Assembly (NCBI GenBank): GCA_002811645.1
Contig: PDIP01000012.1
Span: 116,452-180,451 of the forward strand
DNA: 64,000 bases
Source of the DNA: Corallochytrium limacisporum Hawaii
Lineage: Eukaryota; Protista; Pluriformea
Direction: 5' to 3'
Made by a program: the position numbers and the translations under genes. Below are positions 1 to 8,868 of the stretch, piece after piece. Below the pieces are notes generated by a model. The model was not told the DNA's origin, did not search any database, and saw only the letters and a program-made list of their open reading frames with translations. The stretch's first letter is position 1. The number at the start of each line of letters is the position of its first letter.

Positions 1-1766
1 TCTGTATCAGGTGGCAGTCCAAAACTTTTTCGCATGAGGCCCTGTGTCATTTGTTTGGGAGTTCCCAGGAGGATTTCACAGCAAAGGGCTCCGGTGCCAC
101 GCGCTGTAATGGGATCAACGAGTGTCTTCATTTGATTGAAGATTGTTACTGGCTCCTCGTCCATGGGCAGGGAATCAAGAGTATCTGTTTCCACAAGCAG
201 ATCATGGACAACGTCCAGCGAGAATCGAGCAATGCCGAGCAAGCTCTCTTGATCATTCCGGGAAATGTGCCATGCCTCAATGACAATGGTTGCAGTGCGC
301 AACTTCTCAAGTTCTTCTTGTGTGCACAGGAGGGTTTCCATAGTCGAAAAATCAAACTTGGCTTCATGTCCATCCATGACAATGATGCTCTTTTCTCCCT
401 CTCCGGGTCGCATCATCCGGACAAGAAGGTACGCGCAATGAATGCTTCCAGATCCACTATCGGCCGTCGGCAGCCTGAAATTCTTGCCAAAGGGAATACG
501 GAGCGCAAGCTGTAGTATCGGAACATGGGGTTTTGTGCTCCTGCTCACACTAGCCCTTGAGACTTCCTGCACGGGAACTTCAGCATCATCTCCAAGTGTA
601 TGTCGCGACACGATCAGCAACAGGTCTCCCACACTATGTTTTCCGTTTGCCTTCGCTTCATTTAAGTTTATCACAAGGTTCCGTTCGGAACCTTCCTCAA
701 GAGACTTTCCAAGATTGATTTTGCCTGAAGCGACCGCCTTCCTGATCCTTTGCCCATTTTTGAGGCTGGATAGAGTCACGGTCATTGTGGCCTTATCTAT
801 GCCCACAACATGTGTTTGCCATCGTTTCTTGAATGCAATTCCACTCCTACGGGATGCTAGCAACCCCCGGCAAGAATGCTTACGAGAACCAGTTTGATCC
901 ATGATCTCGAAGTCCAGGACGAAATGTGACTTTTGACTGATGAGCCTATCCAGAGGATTCACATTTCCTGTAGGTTTCCCTGGAACAACTCTTTCAATAT
1001 TCATGGACAGGACGGCTCGCTCACTACCCGTCGCCTCCTTTTCCGGTGACTTTGGCTCTTCTAGGAAGCTATCAAACGTCGTGTACTCTATCTCACCAAA
1101 ATCATCTTCGGCATCATCCATGTCAGCTCTGTAGTCCTGTGTGCTTTCGATGGCTTCTGTGATTACCTTCTGTCCTTCGTCGGTCAGAAGATCTATGATA
1201 TCGTTAGGATCCAAGTTAGGTTCTTTGGCGTATGTTTGATCGGCTTCCACGGTGCTCCTCTCCAGGGCGCTGCCAGCATGCTCTGTTGGGGAAGAAATTG
1301 CCATTGAGACTTCTACCCTAGCAATCTCTTCGTCATCAAAGTTTTGTATTCCAAACTCTCCGTGCAGGCCCCCGTTCTCGATGAGGTTTGTTAGCGGGCC
1401 GACCTTGCATTCGCCAAGCTTTGTATCACCATCTCCGTAAAGGGTGACGGCCATGGTATTATTCACGTCCTCGAAATATAGGGCGACATGTTTTGGACTG
1501 GTGCGGATCGCATATACAACCGAAGATGGGCTACCATCACCTTCAGGTCCGCTTCCCGAGACCTCTAGAGGTGCGAGATAGGCACCTGCTTCTTTCTCGC
1601 CCCACCAGTGCACACGAAGGTGGAAGTTCTGTAGTCCCTGAATCTCTCTTGGAGGATCGCCATTCTTGGAGTGCCACCAAGTTAGACGGTCGATTCTGAC
1701 GTGCATTGACGCCCGAAGTGGGCCGTCCACCTGCGGTGGCAGAGACAACACTGTTTCTTCTGCCAT
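1..1766 (-). CDS. C2CD3: C2 domain-containing protein 3 (C2CD3)-like centriolar protein, 5' part (runs off the window)
   Basis: Not in the ORF track because it has no stop in the window. Manual translation from ATG 1766 is open to position 1 (~588 codons). The N-terminus MAEETVLSLPPQVDGPLRASMHVRIDRLTW...LRVHWWGE...YAIRTSPKHVALYFED matches the C2CD3 N-terminal C2 domain (human SLPPLVEGQLRCFL...VRVRWWGE...YAIRCGPKQFTSYLTD). Confidence 0.8.
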   Translation of the reverse strand, partial: MAEETVLSLPPQVDGPLRASMHVRIDRLTWWHSKNGDPPREIQGLQNFHLRVHWWGEKEAGAYLAPLEVSGSGPEGDGSPSSVVYAIRTSPKHVALYFEDVNNTMAVTLYGDGDTKLGECKVGPLTNLIENGGLHGEFGIQNFDDEEIARVEVSMAISSPTEHAGSALERSTVEADQTYAKEPNLDPNDIIDLLTDEGQKVITEAIESTQDYRADMDDAEDDFGEIEYTTFDSFLEEPKSPEKEATGSERAVLSMNIERVVPGKPTGNVNPLDRLISQKSHFVLDFEIMDQTGSRKHSCRGLLASRRSGIAFKKRWQTHVVGIDKATMTVTLSSLKNGQRIRKAVASGKINLGKSLEEGSERNLVINLNEAKANGKHSVGDLLLIVSRHTLGDDAEVPVQEVSRASVSRSTKPHVPILQLALRIPFGKNFRLPTADSGSGSIHCAYLLVRMMRPGEGEKSIIVMDGHEAKFDFSTMETLLCTQEELEKLRTATIVIEAWHISRNDQESLLGIARFSLDVVHDLLVETDTLDSLPMDEEPVTIFNQMKTLVDPITARGTGALCCEILLGTPKQMTQGLMRKSFGLPPDT

Positions 1767-2046
1767 GTCTATTTGCAAAAACTTTCGTTTCTACTTATCT
1801 TTCCGTGTTCACATGGCGATAAAATTGTGTCACCATTCGTCAGTCATGTATTTCTCGTTTAGCTCAGGATCAATGAGACCATGACAAGTTTCAGGCGCAC
1901 TGCGCTGCCCCAAATACCGGCTGTTAGTCCTCGCGAGTTCCCTCATAGGTTACACAGAGTAGAAAGTAAGTGGGGACACTCCGGGAATGCAATTGGGAAA
2001 ATCGGAAACCGTAATTGATTCACTATTGAACTGTAGAGAGATCACC

Positions 2047-2091
2047 TCCCGCCAAAGTTTTCTTATACCCAACCATACCTTTGGCGCCAAA
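2047..2091. promoter_or_regulatory. Two E2F-type sites in the C2CD3/TrmH bidirectional promoter
   Basis: TCCCGCCAAA at 2047-2056 and the palindrome TTTGGCGCCAAA at 2080-2091 fit the E2F consensus (TTTSSCGC-like). Confidence 0.5.
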
Positions 2092-2352
2092 AAGGGACCG
2101 TGCTAGCAAGAAGAGCGTAGGGGGTGGCTTCAGATCAATACACGAGGTAAGCTGGGGTACGGGGCGAGCGGAAGGGAGGGTGTCATGTGGGACACACATT
2201 GCTGTGCGAAGCAAGGTTTACGTCCTTTAATGGTACGGGACCCGTGACGTAGCGTAAAACGTCGGGTAGATCAAACTCTTCGTCTGTGTATTCATAATGT
2301 GAAACATTTCACATCGTCTCCAACATTAGAATCCCTATATCGGTTCGGTGTC

Positions 2353-3225
2353 ATGTTTGGGATACGGACAATACGACATGTGGGCAGCATAGGACTCAGG
2401 AGAACAGCACTGTCTCACCAGATCCTCTTCTATGGGACTAGGAAATCAAAGCCCCTCACAGTTCCAGGGTTGGAACGGAGAAAAGCTCTCCCAGACCTAA
2501 AGTTCCCTGTGGAAAGAGTCAAACATGTACTCGAGCCGTATTGCTCGCAAGAGCGTATCAACAAAATCAATCAAGTCCTTAAGAATCGTTGTAATGTAGC
2601 GGTGTGTTTTGAAAACCTTGGAGAGGCTTCAAATATTGCAGCCATTCTCCGAACAGCTGATGGTTTGGGCCTGCAAGAAGTGCACACAGTAATGTCGAAT
2701 AAACCATACCAGGTGCCACAGGGTGCGGCAGCAGGGGCGGATAGATGGCTTACAATTAGACACCACGACAACATCCAACAGTGCTTGCAAACACTTCGGG
2801 ACAAGAAGTATGTCATAATTGCCACAGACCTGGGCAATGGTGCCATCAATATGGAGGATGAGGCATTCCCAGCAACGGTGCGGCGCATGCTTGGTTCAGG
2901 TGACGACGAGCTCAAGCTGGCTGTTTTCTTCGGGAACGAAGCACGAGGAATCTCAAAGTATCTGGCAGCCCATGCAGATATGAGGTTTTTTTTGCCAATG
3001 AAAGGCTTTGCACAGTCCTTCAACGTCAGTGTCTCCGCTGCGGTCACATTGACAATACTTCGAAACCACGGGTTCCTGTCAAAGCCGCTGGATCCCAAGG
3101 ACCATGACACGCTTTATGCGTCCTCATTGATCCGGTCTGTGTCCAACAGCCTCAGCCTGCTTCGTCAAGAAGGGGTGGAGGTTGATGAGTACCATGCCCC
3201 GGATCCGGCCTACGACAGAGACTGA
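2353..3225 (+). CDS. SpoU/TrmH-family RNA 2'-O-methyltransferase with a probable mitochondrial presequence
   Basis: SPOUT motifs ENLGEASNIAAILRTAD, FFGNEARGIS and LPMKGFAQSFNVSVSAA. The N-terminus from ATG 2353 is Arg-rich and lacks acidic residues. Confidence 0.85.
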   Translation: MFGIRTIRHVGSIGLRRTALSHQILFYGTRKSKPLTVPGLERRKALPDLKFPVERVKHVLEPYCSQERINKINQVLKNRCNVAVCFENLGEASNIAAILRTADGLGLQEVHTVMSNKPYQVPQGAAAGADRWLTIRHHDNIQQCLQTLRDKKYVIIATDLGNGAINMEDEAFPATVRRMLGSGDDELKLAVFFGNEARGISKYLAAHADMRFFLPMKGFAQSFNVSVSAAVTLTILRNHGFLSKPLDPKDHDTLYASSLIRSVSNSLSLLRQEGVEVDEYHAPDPAYDRD

Positions 3226-3600
3226 ACCCTCTAGTTCAAGGAGTCCAGGTCTTCGTGTGTAATATATAATCAATAATAATGAACCCTCGCCACCGATTTT
3301 AATACTACATTCATAAAAAATTTGGCGCGGCATAATAAGTAATTGATTATTTGTGCAATCCTGGCCGAGGCGAGTTGAGAGCTTATTGGCAACCGGTCAA
3401 AGTATCCCGTCCTTCAGTTCCCCCAATGGAAAATGGGGAAGGGGGGAGCCCTTGGAGACTGACTAGGTGCCGGCCTGTTGCGGGGTTTCGTCGGCACGCG
3501 TTTTGGTGCGGCGGGTACTTGACGCACTATTCAGCCAAGTGGATGATTAAAATGTAAAAGGAGGGCTGAAACTCTGCATTTGAGGCGTCTTGACGGCGTC

Positions 3601-4608
3601 ATGGATGGTGGTGACGAAGAGACCCGTGCGGTGAGTCGCGTCCCACACAGAGTCAGGCAGTTTTTTCACGACGAGCATACAGACCTCGAGTTATCTGTAA
3701 CAAAGCTACGTAACTCGAAGTTGGTGACTCCACATGACGAAGATATCCTCTATGGCGTTCAAAATGGTGACACAGGAGCAGTGGCATTGCCCAATACGGT
3801 CCACGGTGGTTCTGGCTCTGCAAAAGTTTTCGTCGAACACAAGGGACCATTCAAGAAACACAAGTCAGGCCAACAGCACGAAGGTTCTGCAAAACATGCA
3901 TTTCGACGGCTGACCTGGAGTTCTCCCGCCCGAAATCCATCCCCAAAGGGTGCCAGGGTACTGCTTGCTGGGGCAACTGGAGGAATTGCAATTCCACAGG
4001 AAGACATCAGCGCAGAAAGTAAAGGATACGAAGGAAAAGAAGCGGTGGTTTCTTACATCTACGGAAAGGGATTCTGGTTTTGGGGCATGTCACTCTATTT
4101 GCTCGCTGGGATAAGTGTAACGTGCATTCTTTCAGCAACACAAGCATCCTCATTCGCGGTATACTATGCCGATCTTGGACTCCCACTTCAAGGCTTATAC
4201 TATGCATTGTCGGGAACTGCGCTCGTATCCTCGGTGGACATCGTCGACTTACAGATGCGGAGAAGATTGCAAGGCATGGAATCAGGTGGAGAGCTTCGTC
4301 GGGGCCCGCAGCTGCCGACCATTCTGGCATTATTTGGAGCACTCGCCGTGAGTTTAGTGTCGGCCAAATACGATTACGCCGTTGCAAAGGAGAACAGTAC
4401 AAATTCAACAGCGAAGACCTTAAGCATCATTCGAGCCGTGTTTGCTCTATTTGCATGGCTAGTGTCAGTGTATGCGGACTACCGACCAGGAATCGGTCTT
4501 TCTTTGGTGCAACAACACGTAGAGGTCACAGACGAATCTTTAGAAGTACTGACAATGAGAGTGTACCGGTGGCCCGCGGCAACATTCAGAGGGGACGCAG
4601 TCCAGTAG
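3601..4608 (+). CDS. Uncharacterised multi-pass membrane protein
   Basis: 335-codon ORF from ATG 3601 with a hydrophilic N-half and about 4 hydrophobic segments in the C-half. Family not recognised. Confidence 0.65.
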   Translation: MDGGDEETRAVSRVPHRVRQFFHDEHTDLELSVTKLRNSKLVTPHDEDILYGVQNGDTGAVALPNTVHGGSGSAKVFVEHKGPFKKHKSGQQHEGSAKHAFRRLTWSSPARNPSPKGARVLLAGATGGIAIPQEDISAESKGYEGKEAVVSYIYGKGFWFWGMSLYLLAGISVTCILSATQASSFAVYYADLGLPLQGLYYALSGTALVSSVDIVDLQMRRRLQGMESGGELRRGPQLPTILALFGALAVSLVSAKYDYAVAKENSTNSTAKTLSIIRAVFALFAWLVSVYADYRPGIGLSLVQQHVEVTDESLEVLTMRVYRWPAATFRGDAVQ

Positions 4609-4780
4609 CATGGGATCAAATCACATAGGCAAATTTCCACAGGCAAGCGTCCTGGTCGTTCCCATCTCACATTCCATAAAGAAGTAAACACTTATATGCA
4701 ATAACTAACGCAGCTCTAGGGCCTCATTTATTTGACAAACGCCCAGTCTAAGCACAAAACAAGTTTCTCCATCCAATCAA

Positions 4781-4993
4781 CTATTCTTCGCCAGCGAAAG
4801 ATGTTTCCTTTCCGGTCTTGGCAATCTTTTCCATGATCTCATCCTTGTTCAGCGTGGAAGACGTTACTTTGACAGTCTTACCCTCAAGATCAATGTCATA
4901 GCTATCCACACCATCCAGGCGCTTAAGGATGCGCTCGACTGCACCACTGCAGCCGCCGCAGGTCATAGCAACGTTGTACTTGTAGGTTGGCAT
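4781..4993 (-). CDS. ATX1: Copper chaperone ATX1/ATOX1 (HMA domain)
   Basis: 70 aa with MTCGGCSGAV and C-terminal KTGK. Confidence 0.95.
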   Translation of the reverse strand: MPTYKYNVAMTCGGCSGAVERILKRLDGVDSYDIDLEGKTVKVTSSTLNKDEIMEKIAKTGKETSFAGEE

Positions 4994-6591
4994 CCTATTT
5001 CAATACATATATCAAATGGTGATTTTTGAATTCAAGGGTGTCCAACCTGCTCTTGTGCACTAGTGGGACACCTTTACATAGCTTCAAGAATAAGTCACAT
5101 TCGGGAGCGACGGCGTCATCCAACGAAGCCCGTGCGCAGACCCCACCGCGTCACGCAGGAGAAATTGCGCCGCAGAACGTGTCCCTCCCCCGTTAAAAAC
5201 GCCACTCCGGCCAGGTGATGCAATGTATTGCCCTGTGTCGATTGGGTCCTTTCATTCAGTATTCCGTACCACTTCCTTGCTGTTCGGTATGGAAAGGACA
5301 ATTTTTGCAATCAAACGGAACGCTGGCAAAAAGGTCGGTCGTACAATCTTGGAGAGAAGAAAAAAAGGTCGGTCGGGACACCACCCTTTGCGTCGACGAT
5401 TGGCTGCAGCCGAGACCAATACGTCAATATATCGTAACTGGTGGGTGGCCTGGGATTTTCGCAGACATCTCCCCATGTGAGCGCGGAAATAGGTCTTGAA
5501 CCAAACTGAAAACATATGGGGCGGTGCAACTTCCCTACCAGCTGAATAGGAGCTGCTGACAAAATTCGAAACCAGGTGTATCGATCGGCATAAATGTTTG
5601 TTGTGCCAACTGCGAAAAGGAATGGGCTGACTCGCAAGAATAGTGCGTAGCCCGGAGAGGTACCAGAAACCAACCGACCACCTCCACACCCCCCCCGGGG
5701 GGGGGGGCGCCGAACTCGCCAGGCGCAGATAAATTATTGATTCGAATCCAGTGTAGGAATTGCTTTGTCTATTAACTGCCCGCGTAATTATGTTCACCCT
5801 GCTCTTCAGGTGTTATGGAATTATTGGGTCTATGGGTGAGTATCAATACTCAATGTATGCCTTCCCTGCCAAGACCACATTGGGTGCGCATATCGATGAT
5901 CTACATAGCAAGTGACATGCTTCACCTACCACTTCTGTTGTCGTGACTTCTAAGTACGCGACACGGCAGCAAACGCTGTGTCGTATTCCCCGCCAATGAG
6001 TCAGTGTTTATGCATGCAGTCTACGTGTGTGCACACTCGCTCTTCCAATTCACAGCCATCCGCGAAGAGAAACGCGGTTGTTGGGGCGGAGCACCGACTG
6101 CCTCATTGCAAGCTCGCAGCAAGCCCTAGGATACCTCACTTCCAAACACATCCAACTGATTATCTATACTGCCACGCCTTCACCTATTGTTCTACTCACT
6201 CCCAGTATGGAAAGTATTAGCTAGACGGCACCCCGGCTCAGGATCGACCTTGCTGCCGCTAACCAACCCTCGTACTTGGCATAGAAAGCAGTCGATGTGT
6301 TTTTACTCCTTTACAGAAACTGTGCACGCGCTTGAAACTAGTATGACCTACGTTTAAATTACATAAGGCATTTACTTTCAGCCATGTGTACCGTATTTGA
6401 AGATCATACCTGAGTTTCAATTACAAAACAAGAATGGATCTGTCGCAAAATGTTTGTACTACCGAACCGTGTACATTCGATGTGACATTGCTCTAAGAAT
6501 CGAGAACTAGTATGTGCGGTCAATACTTCTAAAGAGAACGCCATGTAATACAAGGATCAGAGCCTGTTTTAGGCTATAATTTTAAGCCACA

Positions 6592-8604
6592 ATGTCGGGA
6601 CACACGAATGTAAATCTCGCACCACCTTTGGCTGATGGGGAAGCGGCGCAGTCCCGTAGTAATCTTAACGAACCTGGTAAGTTTGGGGGCTCGTTAGTGT
6701 TTGGGGCTGGATCCCTTGGCACCTTGGTCCGCACAGGATACGAATACCTCTCAAGTCCACGAAGGGGAGAGGCGTCCACTACCGCATTCTCAGGTAAGGC
6801 CATCAGAAGGGCCACTTCCGCAGAGTTTGTTCCGCCAAAGTTCACAGGAATCATACAAAGACTCCAACATACTGTCCGTGAACATGAATCCAGTCTAAAG
6901 GGATGGGAGAGTCGAAAACCACAAAAGATCGCTCGAAAATTACAGTCCCGAGATGTCAGTGTGATGAGTTCTGAAAGCACCAATGGTAAAAATAATGTAA
7001 TGGTTCTCATGGACCATGTCTTGTACGGTTACAGTTGCGACGCTATGGAGGGAGATCTAGAGGATGAAGCGCTGGTGCTTGCTGCTCCAGAAGTGGTACC
7101 TGATGTTGCGAGTGAGCAGACACCTTTGTTAAATGCCATGGGAGACGACTCCAGAAATTCGATTGCACCCAGCATCGATGATGATCATGTTCTTCCTACT
7201 CATTTGGGTACAACACAGAAAGTTCAGGGATGGCGGGAACTCATGTTTGATCTTACAGATCATTTGGGTGTAAAAATCTTTGCCATTCTCCTTGTGTTAC
7301 TGGACTTTTCACTCTTCATCACCAGCTTATTCACTCATAGATACCAACATCAGTTCGGCCTTGTAAGCGATGCGATCGCTATCTGGTTTTTGATTGAGAT
7401 GGGTACACGGTGGGTCTGCGGTGCGGAAAAGATCATGTTGAAGATTTGGGAAGTAATGGACATGCTGATCGTCCTCGTGTACGCAACTCTCACGTTGGCT
7501 TTTGATGAGAACGCTGCCTATGCTGCGGTTAGGTTCCTGCGCTTATTTTTGCTGATTCGATTGCTCACATACACCCCACGATTGAAATTGAATGCTCGCA
7601 GAATGGTATCGCGACATACTAAGCGCTTAGATGAGCCTAACTTCGACCTTGATCTCACCTACATCACGGATCGGATTCTGGCAATGGCCTTTCCTGCCAG
7701 TGGTACTGAAGCTATGTATCGCAACAATGTCAAGACTGTGAAGCGGCTCTTTGATTCAAGACACAAGGGTCACTACAAGGTCTATAATCTCTGTAGCGAA
7801 AAGTCATACCCCCCTGGGACTTTCGATGGTCCCGTCGCTCGATACTATATCATTGATCACAACGTTCCTTCCATCGAGCAAATGCTTGATTTTTGCCGAG
7901 ATGCAAGTGTTTGGCTTGAAGAAGACACTGAAAATGTGATTGCGGTACACTGCAAAGGCGGTAAAGGTCGCACTGGCACTATGATCTGTGCGTATCTGCT
8001 GTATTCGGGACAGTTCGATGAGCCGGCTGATTGCCTGAAATACTACAACGAGAAGAGGGCCAATATTGACAAGTACCGGGCCGACAACACCTACAAGAAT
8101 GTCCTCACTCCGAGTCAAGCCCGATATGTAGTTTACTTCCAGAAACATTTGAAGCAGGACATTCCGTTGCAGTTTCCTCCCCGCATGATACTTGGCAATC
8201 TGACTGTCGTGGGAATGAGTGCAGTGCTTGCGAATACGAAGGACTTCTATTTCACAATTGAGAGCGAAGCTGGCGGGCCCAGATTCTGCTCAGAGGATCA
8301 GCGCATACCCTATGTATATGATGAACAAATGGATGCCATTCGATGGGAGGAGATCAATTTTGAAATCGCGGGCAACACAAAGCTGGCCTTTGACAGCAAC
8401 AAACCAACTCCTCTACGAGGAAAGGACTCTAAGATCTTTTTCTTCTGGATCCATACATCGTTCGTGAAGCCGGCTCCCTTGATGCTGCAGAAGTCCCGGG
8501 TGGACAACGCCGCATCGTCGGATGTCTTTCCACCGTACTTTTCGGTCCTGCTGGAACTAACTTCAGGTGCAAAGGTAAGTATCGTGAAGGCGAATGACCA
8601 GTGA
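6592..8604 (+). CDS. TPTE: Voltage-sensing phosphoinositide phosphatase (VSP/TPTE): voltage sensor + PTEN-like phosphatase + C2. C-terminus may be changed by splicing (see findings)
   Basis: Four TM helices with Arg-containing S4, then FDLDLTYIT, AMAFPA, DHNVP, the VSP-type active site HCKGGKGRTG, PSQARY and the C2 motif FFFWIHTSF. Confidence 0.92.
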   Translation: MSGHTNVNLAPPLADGEAAQSRSNLNEPGKFGGSLVFGAGSLGTLVRTGYEYLSSPRRGEASTTAFSGKAIRRATSAEFVPPKFTGIIQRLQHTVREHESSLKGWESRKPQKIARKLQSRDVSVMSSESTNGKNNVMVLMDHVLYGYSCDAMEGDLEDEALVLAAPEVVPDVASEQTPLLNAMGDDSRNSIAPSIDDDHVLPTHLGTTQKVQGWRELMFDLTDHLGVKIFAILLVLLDFSLFITSLFTHRYQHQFGLVSDAIAIWFLIEMGTRWVCGAEKIMLKIWEVMDMLIVLVYATLTLAFDENAAYAAVRFLRLFLLIRLLTYTPRLKLNARRMVSRHTKRLDEPNFDLDLTYITDRILAMAFPASGTEAMYRNNVKTVKRLFDSRHKGHYKVYNLCSEKSYPPGTFDGPVARYYIIDHNVPSIEQMLDFCRDASVWLEEDTENVIAVHCKGGKGRTGTMICAYLLYSGQFDEPADCLKYYNEKRANIDKYRADNTYKNVLTPSQARYVVYFQKHLKQDIPLQFPPRMILGNLTVVGMSAVLANTKDFYFTIESEAGGPRFCSEDQRIPYVYDEQMDAIRWEEINFEIAGNTKLAFDSNKPTPLRGKDSKIFFFWIHTSFVKPAPLMLQKSRVDNAASSDVFPPYFSVLLELTSGAKVSIVKANDQ

Positions 8605-8799
8605 GCCCAATACGTTCCTTCATTTTGATGAAACAATCTTCGCCTACAACTTCCATGGTTGACACATCAAGAATATCACCAAGATCTCTGACATGAAGTT
8701 TGTTGGGCGGACACATTTGCAGCGTCTCTCTCGTGAACTGAATCAGCCAAACTAACCCTTTCGTTTTTTGAATGTTTCCTGGACTGTCCTTCCAAACAG
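8575..8799 (+). other. Candidate 225-nt spliceosomal intron at the 3' end of the VSP gene
   Basis: AAG|GTAAGT donor at 8575, ACTAAC branch site at 8751-8756, a pyrimidine-rich AG-free tract, then CAG at 8797-8799. Splicing is in phase 0 to a 13-codon exon ending at TGA 8839-8841. Confidence 0.5.
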
Positions 8800-8868
8800 A
8801 TTGAAATCACTCGACTGACGCTCAATAGCCAAGTCATATGAAACTCAAACCTTCAACAGCGAGCCCTT

